Assembly (NCBI GenBank): GCA_964416155.1
Contig: CAYQCW010000001.1
Location: forward strand, 170,943-234,942
Length of the DNA: 64,000 nucleotides
DNA from: an uncultured Nitrososphaerota archaeon
GTDB taxonomy: Archaea; Thermoproteota; EX4484-205; JAAOZP01
Direction: 5' to 3'
Position numbers and translations under genes: made by a program. The notes beneath the pieces were generated by a model. That model was not told where the DNA came from. It did no database searches and was given only the letters and a program-made list of their open reading frames with translations. Below, in pieces: positions 47,121-55,874 of the stretch (position 1 is the first letter of the stretch; each line of letters opens with the position of its first letter).

Positions 47121-47720
47121 CTAACTCCCGCTTTTCCACCGGGGCATCACTATAAGGCCTTCATCAGGATCCCCGTAGGCCTCGTAATCACCATCGTAAA
47201 ACATTTTCGCCACGAGGGCAGCAGTAACAGCGTCAAGCTCATGATGGGTCTCCGCCTTCCCCAGCCCCCTTATTTTAAGACGCGCTAATCCTTTCCGAAG
47301 ACTCTTGACGCCGCGAGATTTACGCGGTATCCTGAGAATATCCTGAGCTCCTCCGGGATAAACCTCTATAACCCTGAAACCAGAAGAATCAAGCATCTTT
47401 TTAAGCCGGATGCCTCTTTCCGTCAGGGAGCGCATAGGCCCCAGTGTGACGGGGAAAAACCTTATGCCTCTTCTCAAAAGCTCCCTGTCGCAAACCCTAA
47501 GGTGAATACTACTCCTGACCTGTAGGCTGACTCTCCCCCTTGGCAGGGAGAGCGGAGCATCAACCGCGACCACCGCGGGATTGAAACGTGAAACCTTCCT
47601 CAGGATCTCCGCATCCGTATACAGCATCATTGTTTCAACGCTTAGGGACTCATCCAGGGCTGCGAAACCACTTGGCCTAGTCTCCACCCCGGCTAGATCT
47701 ATGCCTATGAAAAACATCAT
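47121..47720 (-). CDS. RNase-H-fold nuclease-like protein (DUF429-like)
   Basis: The N-terminus MMFFIGIDLAG and the 199-aa length fit the family. It overlaps the tatD stop by 4 bp. Confidence 0.4.
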   Translation of the reverse strand: MMFFIGIDLAGVETRPSGFAALDESLSVETMMLYTDAEILRKVSRFNPAVVAVDAPLSLPRGRVSLQVRSSIHLRVCDRELLRRGIRFFPVTLGPMRSLTERGIRLKKMLDSSGFRVIEVYPGGAQDILRIPRKSRGVKSLRKGLARLKIRGLGKAETHHELDAVTAALVAKMFYDGDYEAYGDPDEGLIVMPRWKSGS

Positions 47721-48478
47721 ATTCTCAACCCAAACAGCCTGAGAGCGTTCCTAGTGGTTTCCTCAGCAACAGTATCCTGATCGACTTTTTTAATCCTAGC
47801 TATCTCCCTGAGGCTGAAAACAATGTTTGCAGGCTCATTCCTCTTAAACGGGTCAACCCCGAGAACCGGCGAGTCTGACTCCAGCAGAATGTTTTCCAAC
47901 GGGAGCCTGGCTGCAAGCTTCTGCTTCTGCGGCGACCTCACTATTGAGGGTGGAATGCTGAAGAAGAAGCCTGCTTCAACACTCTTCATAGCGTACGAGG
48001 CCTTCCCGTCGAAAGCATGCATCAAAACCCTTTTAGCATTGTTTGCAACCAGTATGTCGATAGCCTCTCTACCGGCGCTTCTCGAGTGAACTATAATCGG
48101 CACATCAAGCTTTTTAGCAAGCCCTATGAAATTTTCGAAAACCCCGATAAGCCTAGCCCTGTCCTCGCGACTCCTAACCGTATAGTAGTCTAGGCCAACC
48201 TCGCCGACTCCGATTATCCGACTCTTGTTGTCAAGGATGAGTTGCGTAACTTCCTCATGTCTGACGGAGAAGGGGGCTCCGTAGTCAATACCTATGGTCG
48301 AGTAAACATAGCCCTTGAATCTTTCCGAAATCCTCAGAGATCTTAAGCCACCATCCGGGCCCAGCCCACAGTCCACGATGGCTGCTAAACCGTTCTCCCT
48401 AGCTTTCAACACAACGGTATCCAGGTCGGTTTCGAAAGAACTATCGCTCAAATGCGCATGCACATCTATGAGCCGCAA
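47717..48478 (-). CDS. tatD: TatD-family metal-dependent hydrolase/DNase
   Basis: MRLIDVHAHL and the metal-ligand His/Glu/Asp pattern match TatD. The protein is 253 aa. Confidence 0.85.
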   Translation of the reverse strand: MRLIDVHAHLSDSSFETDLDTVVLKARENGLAAIVDCGLGPDGGLRSLRISERFKGYVYSTIGIDYGAPFSVRHEEVTQLILDNKSRIIGVGEVGLDYYTVRSREDRARLIGVFENFIGLAKKLDVPIIVHSRSAGREAIDILVANNAKRVLMHAFDGKASYAMKSVEAGFFFSIPPSIVRSPQKQKLAARLPLENILLESDSPVLGVDPFKRNEPANIVFSLREIARIKKVDQDTVAEETTRNALRLFGLRI

Positions 48479-48546
48479 GGAGACGAGTCAGCCTGTTCGA
48501 AGACAGAGATAAACCTTTAACTACCTTAAATCCTCATTAAGCCGGA

Positions 48547-48750
48547 ATGGTTAAGAAGGCGGGCACCAGGCTATACGTGCTTAACAAGAGGCTGGGTGGG
48601 AAAACATACTCTGCGACAATGCTGTATTTACCGAGTAAGATCGTTAACGATTCCGCGTTCCCCCTGAGAAAGAAGAGCAGGCTCGTCGTGAGAATAGTTG
48701 GCGACAAGATAGTTGTTGAGAGCGAGAAGACCGGTAGGAGGAAGCCTTAA
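48547..48750 (+). CDS. AbrB/MazE/SpoVT-like swapped-hairpin DNA-binding protein
   Basis: LYLPSKIVNDSAF..SRLVVRIVGDKIVVE resembles the SpoVT/AbrB domain. Confidence 0.35.
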   Translation: MVKKAGTRLYVLNKRLGGKTYSATMLYLPSKIVNDSAFPLRKKSRLVVRIVGDKIVVESEKTGRRKP

Positions 48751-49133
48751 CTAAGCCTATGCTTGAAACCGGTGAAAGCCGTGTAAATTATTATGAATTG
48801 TTCAAGCTCCCTTAGGAAGCCTGTGCTTATATGCCATGAACCTTCTCTTTTCTCCACGATCCCGGCCCCCACAACCCCCCTAATCATGTTGTAAAACTGG
48901 CCCACCGTGATCCTTCTTTTCCCCACCCAGCTTTTCCACTCGCTCACATTCATGCCTGAAGAGCCTCTGGAAACAAGCTCCTCGCAGAAAACCTTTGCCT
49001 CAGACGCTAAAAGGGGGCTTCTCCAGAAAACCCTGGAAAACATCTCTTCTACGGTAGCGGGAACCCTGCCCGCTTTAAAAAGTATCGTAGTCCCTTTATG
49101 CGTCTGCCTACCCCTCCGGCTCCTCCTAGGCAT
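48747..49133 (-). CDS. Hypothetical basic protein
   Basis: 128-aa ORF, convergent with the previous gene. Confidence 0.3.
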   Translation of the reverse strand: MPRRSRRGRQTHKGTTILFKAGRVPATVEEMFSRVFWRSPLLASEAKVFCEELVSRGSSGMNVSEWKSWVGKRRITVGQFYNMIRGVVGAGIVEKREGSWHISTGFLRELEQFIIIYTAFTGFKHRLS

Positions 49134-49319
49134 ACTGTCTGCTTCTAAACGCTCAGAGAAAAGCCTTACTGACCTGCACCATTAACATCGCTGTCAAAGT
49201 GGCGATGAAAAGCACTCTGGTGAAGCAGCCCATAGGCTGCATGCATAGCAGGATCCACGTAGCCCTGAGCTTAACGGGATTGAGAGGCATAACTGAGGAA
49301 CCCGTTGGTGAGTGCCGCA

Positions 49320-51872
49320 CTAGGCTAGGACGTCATACTCTTCCGAGACTGGGGGCGGCTGAGGCCTACGCCTCCTTATCCAGAGCAGCGACATTGAAAC
49401 AGCCAAAACGACAGCGAAGCTTATGACCACAAGGATCAAGTATAGATTGCTCACTCTAAAGAAAACCTCTTTAACACCAGTATTACCGTAAGGATCGGTG
49501 GCATTGATCACCATCCTGTATTCTCCAACCGGATTAGTAACTGGGAGATAATAGTCTCCAACCCACTTGCCACCCTGGTATCTGAGGCTTATGATGCTCG
49601 CGAGGGTACCGGAGGAGACCGTTGCAGTCACGTCTCCGTCTTCAAGACTTGAAGAATCCGGGTATTTAACGATTGTTCTTAAAGAAACTGTTTCAAACCC
49701 CGCCTGATAACTCTCCTTCAAAGCCTCCATTTCAAAGCTTAGAACAGCCCGGGTTATTTCAACGGGAACCATGTATAAACCATAGTTTTCAAAAGAGTCT
49801 TTAACGGTAACGTTTAACACGTACTGTCCCACGGGAGCACTCCGAGGGGCGCTGATGTTTCCAATCCAAGCTTCGGCTGAGAACCCTAGCTGGGCGAGAG
49901 CCTGCGCAACACCATTATGAACCAGCTTAGCGTCCACGAAGGCGCCTTTCTCCCTAGAAACGTTCTCCACCGTAAGAACCTCCTTAGAAGGGTATTTCAC
50001 CACCACTTTGACGGGTATTTTCTCGGTTCTGGAGAACCTGCTGCCAAGCGGGGTTAACAGCTGTATGATTAGCCTAGCTGGAACAATCCTTATTTCCCGA
50101 GAGAAATCCCCACTGTTCCCCATCTCGTCTACCGCTGTTATCATAAGGATCCATCCTCCCGTTTCCTCGCCCACCGGGATCTTCCAAGACAGACCCCAGT
50201 CTCCCAAGCTGGTCTTGTCGAAGTTAAACGGGCCCTTTCTAGTCTGACCCTTGATAAGTTCAAGAGTCACGCTGCCGGATGGCAAGGGTGTTCCATCAGG
50301 GTATGCAACGCCAACCGAGACGTTTAGCCTAACAGACCTTTCATAGGTAGCGTTAAGCTGGTTTTTTAGAGTTATCCTCAGCTTAGCAGTGGTGAGAGTA
50401 AACGTTCTGTTTCCGGAGCCAGTGTTTCCATACTGGTCTGAAGCCTCCACCTTAACCATGTAGCTACCCAAGGGGGCGGATGGTTCTGTCTTAATACTCT
50501 TGAACCAGTAGCCTTCGCGAAAGTAATCCATGAATATTTCTCTCCCCTGAACCCCGCCGTAGACCAGTCTTATCCTAACAACCCCGTTCCAAGGCAGGCT
50601 TGAACCATCCTTGTACTTAACTTGAACCGTTATGTTTACCGGCTTAACCCTTTCATAAGTTGTAGCATCCATTTCTACAGTAACGTTTAAAACCGCCCTG
50701 ACCAGGGTGACCTTAACAGCATCAGTAACCACCTTCATGTTTTTAAAGTCCAACGCATCATCACACTCTATGGAAGCAGAGAGGACGCCGAGCTGAATGT
50801 CCACGGGAACCGTTATCTGCCTACCAACTTCCCCTTTAGAATCCGTCTCCAGCCTCTGGCTGAAAACCACGTGCGTCGAGTTTTTCAAGTAGAGCGTCGC
50901 TGACCCGCTGCGCACCAGCCCACCAGCCTTAACCATGATTATTGACTTACGCTCCCATACCCGTGGAACATCCCAGATGCCGAAGTGATACTCTGTTACG
51001 CAGCCACTCCTGTTAACCCGCATAGTGTAGGTTCCCGGAGAAGGGTTGGTCAAGTTTATTGTGCGGGAGAACCCGCCAGTAGAATTAGCCGTTATGGAAT
51101 AGGTTGCAAGAACCGAACCATTTGGACGGATTATTTTAAGGTCGAATGATGATGTAAAAAACTGGTCTCCACTAATCTTCACCTGAACACTGCTGGAAGA
51201 AGCATACACAGGCTTGTCCGTGAGAATTATCGGGGAGACGAGCATTGAGAACTCGTCGAAAAAGGTTTTCACACCGTCTTGAGGCGGGTCAAAAACGCCG
51301 AGGGAGAGGTTCACCTGCTTCACAAGGAACAGTTTAACACCGGTAGCGATAGAGATTGTTTGACTACCATTATAAAGTATTGTTAAAGCATCCGATGAAG
51401 CATCCAGCCATATGGTTAAATTGTACCATTTTCCAGTCGAGAAAGTTGCGCCGTCATTCCTCCTATCTAGCCTGTAGGCCACTAGCTTCATATCGAGAAA
51501 GCCAAGCTTAACCTCGTACGTTGAAGAATCTGTAAGCACGAGGATCATCTTGGTAAAATTGAAGCTTGTGCCATTGTTTATCTTCATCATGAAGCTTGTT
51601 TTGAAGGATCCCTTAGCGTTTAAGACAGAGTATATGTATCCACGGTTCCCGGATGAAACGTTTATGCTTAGGCAGGGGCCCCGGAAGCCGTAAGGAGAAA
51701 AAGAGTAGCCTGAGCCCGTGAAGGATCCTGAGGGAGATATGCTTAGATTATTGGTGAAGGAAGAGTTGTAAGCAGGTATGAAGCACCCGTCGGCCTCAAC
51801 TCCGACCGGCATTATTAGGATTGCTAAGAGCAGCAATGCTGCAACCAGTATTACCATGCTATCCTTTGGCAT
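49320..51872 (-). CDS. Large secreted cell-surface protein with Ig-like repeats, many N-glycosylation sequons, C-terminal TM anchor and basic tail
   Basis: There is an N-terminal signal MPKDSMVILVAALLLLAILIMP, repetitive beta-rich segments, and numerous N-x-S/T sites. The C-terminus LYLILVVISFAVVLAVSMSLLWIRRRRPQPPP is hydrophobic then basic. Confidence 0.6.
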   Translation of the reverse strand: MPKDSMVILVAALLLLAILIMPVGVEADGCFIPAYNSSFTNNLSISPSGSFTGSGYSFSPYGFRGPCLSINVSSGNRGYIYSVLNAKGSFKTSFMMKINNGTSFNFTKMILVLTDSSTYEVKLGFLDMKLVAYRLDRRNDGATFSTGKWYNLTIWLDASSDALTILYNGSQTISIATGVKLFLVKQVNLSLGVFDPPQDGVKTFFDEFSMLVSPIILTDKPVYASSSSVQVKISGDQFFTSSFDLKIIRPNGSVLATYSITANSTGGFSRTINLTNPSPGTYTMRVNRSGCVTEYHFGIWDVPRVWERKSIIMVKAGGLVRSGSATLYLKNSTHVVFSQRLETDSKGEVGRQITVPVDIQLGVLSASIECDDALDFKNMKVVTDAVKVTLVRAVLNVTVEMDATTYERVKPVNITVQVKYKDGSSLPWNGVVRIRLVYGGVQGREIFMDYFREGYWFKSIKTEPSAPLGSYMVKVEASDQYGNTGSGNRTFTLTTAKLRITLKNQLNATYERSVRLNVSVGVAYPDGTPLPSGSVTLELIKGQTRKGPFNFDKTSLGDWGLSWKIPVGEETGGWILMITAVDEMGNSGDFSREIRIVPARLIIQLLTPLGSRFSRTEKIPVKVVVKYPSKEVLTVENVSREKGAFVDAKLVHNGVAQALAQLGFSAEAWIGNISAPRSAPVGQYVLNVTVKDSFENYGLYMVPVEITRAVLSFEMEALKESYQAGFETVSLRTIVKYPDSSSLEDGDVTATVSSGTLASIISLRYQGGKWVGDYYLPVTNPVGEYRMVINATDPYGNTGVKEVFFRVSNLYLILVVISFAVVLAVSMSLLWIRRRRPQPPPVSEEYDVLA

Positions 51873-51963
51873 CTGTGATGCTTCCTTATCAAGCGTTTTA
51901 AAGGTTTTGTTAGGTTTGTATAAAAATAAAATAGTATGGTTTCCGGTGGAGGCTTAACCCCGT

Positions 51964-52584
51964 TCACTTGCCACCGTAAAAAAGCCTCTTCACTCTGAAC
52001 AACACTTTTCTAAACCACCCTCTTTTTTCAACCTTCAACTCTCCCTTTAAAACCATGTCTAAAACACTCCTATAAGCATCAGGATTTCTTAAAGCTAGGA
52101 GTAGAAGCGTCTCCTCGCTCAACCTAGATCCCTTCAGAGGAGTATGGCCATTCTCCATGTTTTTTAAAAGCTTCTTCTCGCTTTTCCTCAAGCCAATAAT
52201 GTTCAAGGCTAGGAGAATTAATCCTGCTGCGAAAAAAACTATGGTCTGCAAGTATGTTGCCGGATCTTTCTGAGAAATATTCCCAGTATCCTGCATAATC
52301 GCGCCCCCCGGAGGCGAGCCTGAAAACCTTGCGTCGTATTTAACGAGCAGCGTGGAATCCTGAGCTAATGTTTTAAAAGATTCAGGCCTGAAAACCGTTA
52401 AAGAAACGTTGTTGGCCAAATATAGTTCAACAAGTGTCCTGTTGCAGAGGAAAGCAGTTACACGCATTGAAACATGAGTCTCGTTTCCCATAATCGTGCT
52501 TGAGGGGCCTGCACACGTGTTAAGGCAAGTATTGAAAAGCACGGCTAAGAGGAACGTTAAGCACGTTTTTACACGCATCGTCAA
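51964..52584 (-). CDS. Hypothetical secreted/membrane protein
   Basis: An N-terminal signal-like segment and one internal TM segment are present. Confidence 0.35.
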   Translation of the reverse strand: MTMRVKTCLTFLLAVLFNTCLNTCAGPSSTIMGNETHVSMRVTAFLCNRTLVELYLANNVSLTVFRPESFKTLAQDSTLLVKYDARFSGSPPGGAIMQDTGNISQKDPATYLQTIVFFAAGLILLALNIIGLRKSEKKLLKNMENGHTPLKGSRLSEETLLLLALRNPDAYRSVLDMVLKGELKVEKRGWFRKVLFRVKRLFYGGK

Positions 52585-52735
52585 CTCTATTTTTAAACTT
52601 GAGAGGATGCTGATAAGCCCCCATGCGTCACGGCATCAATCCGCCCATCTTATCCTCATCCTTAATCAGATTTTTGAGGCGGTTTTCATCTGCCGGAGAA
52701 TAATATTGAGAGAAGGTATTTAAGCATTAAGCACA

Positions 52736-53197
52736 TCATGGTTCCGAACCGGTCAGCTTTAAAATCTGTCGCGAAATATTCCTCCAGTGAGAACCCCTCC
52801 AGTATAACTTGCCACACGCCTTACACCTCCAGATTAAACCCACGTTTTTAGGAGCACCGGGATTTTTCTCAGCCTCATCAGGGGGCAAGAGCTCAAGCTC
52901 ACCGTTGCAAACCGTGCACCTTAAAGAATCCTCCTGGAGAAACAGCTTAAACCTCTCCACCAGCAGCCTTAACACCTCCTCCTCCGTTAAACCCTTGGTT
53001 AAAACAACTTCAACACTCTTTCTCTCAGCGATTTTCGCGAGCTCATCGTCAGAAGTCACAAGCACACGGCCGCCTAGAGCCAGTTGAACAATATCCTCGT
53101 CACCAACACTATTCAAGTAGAGGGTGTCGTAACCCATTATCCTAAGCCATTTAGCCACATAGCCATGCATACTGTCAACCAGAAACCTCTGGCCCAA
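52736..53197 (-). CDS. Mut7-C RNase domain protein (DUF82; PIN-like plus Zn ribbon)
   Basis: RFLVDSMHGYVAKWLRIMGYDT is followed by C-terminal CTVCNG..CKACG. Confidence 0.7.
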   Translation of the reverse strand: MGQRFLVDSMHGYVAKWLRIMGYDTLYLNSVGDEDIVQLALGGRVLVTSDDELAKIAERKSVEVVLTKGLTEEEVLRLLVERFKLFLQEDSLRCTVCNGELELLPPDEAEKNPGAPKNVGLIWRCKACGKLYWRGSHWRNISRQILKLTGSEP

Positions 53198-54080
53198 TCC
53201 TGACAGCCTTTAGAAAATCCATTTCAGTCAAGAAGCCTTCCAGAGAGCCGGATTTAACCACAAGGGCTGAGCCGTAACTGCTCCTCTTAACTATCTCCCA
53301 AGCCTCAGCTATCCTGACCTGCGGATCCAAAATAGGCGGATCCCTCACGGTGAAGTCTACGACGCTCATGGACATAAGCTCGCCCAGCGTCCTTCCAGCA
53401 TACTTGAAGAACTCCCTACCGCCGAGGAACCTGGCTATTGAACGGGAGGAGAATAACCCGACTGGCTTAGAGCCCTCCAAGCATGGTAAACGCCTGTGCC
53501 CAGAGCTCACCATGGTTTCAACACCTTCCCTCAGCCTCCTGTCTATTGAGATGCAAACCGGGGACTTAGACATATAGTCCTCGACGAACCCGCTTTCCAG
53601 AGAATAGTTAAACCTCTCCAGAACGTCCCGGACTGTTAAAACAGCCTTGAGCCGGTTGCTCTTATCCACTACTGCGAGACTGCTAAAACCGTTCTTCATC
53701 ATCAACATTATTGACTCCGGCATGCTTTCAGACTGGCCTATGCTTACCACGTCTTTACTCATGATTCTAGCCACAGGCGTCGACATTATGCTCACGACAG
53801 GCGTCCCGGGAGAATCTCTAGACCTCCAAAGCAGGTGTTTAACTGCCTCCATCGGTGTTACGATCCCCTCTAGAAGACCGCTTGCTGTCGCCACGAAAAC
53901 TCTTCTAAAGCCTCTTGCAACCATTGTTTCAAGCAGCCGTGACAATGGGGTGGTCTTGGTTACTGAGAGCGGCGGGGAGGTAGCATAGTATAGTACTGTG
54001 GAAGGCGAAGGGTAAGACTGCACCCTCATTCGAGGGCGACCCTTCATGTATCTTAATCCCTTCTCCCTATCCCTGCTCAA
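53175..54080 (-). CDS. CBS-domain protein (four CBS repeats); true start probably internal
   Basis: Repeated CBS-like segments are visible. The N-terminal 10 to 20 codons are probably not translated. Confidence 0.6.
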   Translation of the reverse strand: MSRDREKGLRYMKGRPRMRVQSYPSPSTVLYYATSPPLSVTKTTPLSRLLETMVARGFRRVFVATASGLLEGIVTPMEAVKHLLWRSRDSPGTPVVSIMSTPVARIMSKDVVSIGQSESMPESIMLMMKNGFSSLAVVDKSNRLKAVLTVRDVLERFNYSLESGFVEDYMSKSPVCISIDRRLREGVETMVSSGHRRLPCLEGSKPVGLFSSRSIARFLGGREFFKYAGRTLGELMSMSVVDFTVRDPPILDPQVRIAEAWEIVKRSSYGSALVVKSGSLEGFLTEMDFLKAVRIGPEVSG

Positions 54081-54082
54081 CT

Positions 54083-54652
54083 CTACTCTTCAGAGGCGAT
54101 CTTAAGATCAGCCATGCAGTCTTCGCATAGAAGCCTTCCTTCAACGATGCTTAGGGAGTCGAACCACATTCCGCACTCCTCGCAGAACCCTTCGTAAAAC
54201 TCTTTTCTTATTATGCTTCTGGAACGCTGCGTGGCTGTTTTTTCAACCAGCTCGTATATTGCAGGTATAGCGTAGACCAAGTCTCTCTCCGACACTATTC
54301 CCACAAGCTTCCCTCCCCTTTCGATGCCGAGCTTCTTGATTTTGCTTCTCCTCATCTTGTCGAGAGCCTCTACAATACTGCTGTCGCTGCTAATCTTCTT
54401 CAAGGGGTTAGACATGGCTTCCCTCACTTTCACAAGCCGAGGATCCTTGGATTTGGCGACAACCTTCTCTATAACATCCCTCTCAGTAATTATTCCGATA
54501 TCTTTCCCCTCATCGTTCACAACGATTAGCGAGCTTATATCGTGGTGAACCATTTGGATAACAGCCGCGTGAACAGACTCATCAGGGCCTATCGATATAA
54601 CCGGATAACTCATAACCTCGTCCACGGTTAACGCCTTCCTGCTCGGCTTCAA
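54083..54652 (-). CDS. CBS-pair protein with C-terminal Zn-ribbon
   Basis: A CBS pair is followed by CEECG..CEDC. Confidence 0.65.
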   Translation of the reverse strand: MKPSRKALTVDEVMSYPVISIGPDESVHAAVIQMVHHDISSLIVVNDEGKDIGIITERDVIEKVVAKSKDPRLVKVREAMSNPLKKISSDSSIVEALDKMRRSKIKKLGIERGGKLVGIVSERDLVYAIPAIYELVEKTATQRSRSIIRKEFYEGFCEECGMWFDSLSIVEGRLLCEDCMADLKIASEE

Positions 54653-54750
54653 CCCCCTCCCCTTTTTGGCTAACTATTATCTCTCAGAGTATTTAAACTA
54701 ATAGGGGTTAAATTTATCTAGAGGGACTGTGAGAAATAACCGTCTTAAAA

Positions 54751-55059
54751 ATGGGCGGGTCTAAGAAGCTTCGCTTAAGCCAGCTGGAGAAGAGGCAGAA
54801 GGAGGAGAGTAAGAAGGAGAAGGCTGAACGCTTAAAAAGCGAGAAGAAGGTTGGGGAAATCCTCAGCGACGAGGATGATAAGATGCTTGAGAAGCTTAAA
54901 GGCGTCAAGGTTTTAACACCCTACGTTGTCTTCAGCCAAACCGGCTTGAAAATTGGGGAGGCCAAGAGGCTTCTGAAACGGTTGGAGGAAAGAGGCTTAG
55001 TGAAGAGGGTTACTGGCAACAGTAGCGTTCCCGTTTACACTTTTCCTCAAACCGCTTAA
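54751..55059 (+). CDS. rps25e: Ribosomal protein S25e (eS25)
   Basis: A Lys/Glu-rich N-terminus is followed by a C-terminal winged helix LTPYVVFSQTGLKIGEAKRLLKRLEERGLV. Confidence 0.75.
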   Translation: MGGSKKLRLSQLEKRQKEESKKEKAERLKSEKKVGEILSDEDDKMLEKLKGVKVLTPYVVFSQTGLKIGEAKRLLKRLEERGLVKRVTGNSSVPVYTFPQTA

Positions 55060-55430
55060 ACACGTGAAACAGAAACCACTTCCCCCTCCCTAAGGTTTTT
55101 CAAGGGCTCGAGCGGAGTCGACACTTTTCCGATAAGAGTGACGTTTAGAAACCTGCAGTCGGGCGAGTCAGACGTGAAGAAAACCAGTCCTTGAAAGCGG
55201 GGAGAATATCCTACATCCCCCTGGGAGGCTTCTGAAAGAGTTTTTTCAACCCCGATTTTCAAACCCATGGTTAAGTACAAGTAAGCGTCTCCCTTCCCCA
55301 CAACACCTATCTTCGGAAGGGAGCCTCCTAACGCTGAGAAAACTCTCGGTGAGAAGCCTCTTTTAACACTAAATCTGCAGACGTCACTGTCACCCGAAAC
55401 TATTTTTAACTCGAGCACGTCCATCGACAT
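55056..55430 (-). CDS. Hypothetical protein
   Basis: 124-aa ORF with no motif recognised. Confidence 0.3.
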   Translation of the reverse strand: MSMDVLELKIVSGDSDVCRFSVKRGFSPRVFSALGGSLPKIGVVGKGDAYLYLTMGLKIGVEKTLSEASQGDVGYSPRFQGLVFFTSDSPDCRFLNVTLIGKVSTPLEPLKNLREGEVVSVSRV

Positions 55431-55475
55431 AAAAGTTTAACAGAAACCCTTTGCAACATACTAATAAGGCTTAGG

Positions 55476-55706
55476 GTGGTTGGATTGTTCATACTCATAG
55501 GGCCTCCGGACTCTGAGGAAAGGCTGAAACGCTTAGAGAAGGAGAAGGAAAGGCTTGAAAAAGAGTATGAGGATCTTCAGAAAAAATTTGAACAGGGAAA
55601 GATAAGCAAGGAGGAGTATGAGAAGAAGAAGCACGATATTGAGAGGGAGTTCGTAGAGGTTATGGACAGGATAGTCCAGTATAAGGCTTTTTCAAGCGGC
55701 TTTTAG
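55476..55706 (+). CDS. Hypothetical coiled-coil small protein
   Basis: K/E-rich heptad-like sequence. Confidence 0.3.
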   Translation: MVGLFILIGPPDSEERLKRLEKEKERLEKEYEDLQKKFEQGKISKEEYEKKKHDIEREFVEVMDRIVQYKAFSSGF

Positions 55707-55835
55707 GGTTTTCAGAGGTATTTCTAATGCGTGTCTGCTGGCGGGTTCTGAAGACCGTTTTAAGCAAGCTTTCGACTACTAATTGAAGAACACCACCTCA
55801 ACGGCTTGTTTCAGCCGATTCCGGTTTAGAAAGGC

Positions 55836-55843
55836 TTAAAAAT
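55836..55843 (+). promoter_or_regulatory. TATA-box-like element TTAAAAAT upstream of the thermosome gene
   Basis: It lies about 32 to 39 bp upstream of the ATG at 55875, which would fit a leaderless or short-leader archaeal transcript. Confidence 0.3.
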
Positions 55844-55874
55844 GGGTTTTCTCTGGTAGAGTGCGGTGAGTAAA

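Noticed and set aside
49134-49319. Possible C/D box sRNA (CGATGA ... GGTGAAG ... CTGA) in the intergenic region
   Set aside because: Box spacing and D/D' boxes do not fit the 10 to 12 nt guide geometry, so it is likely chance.
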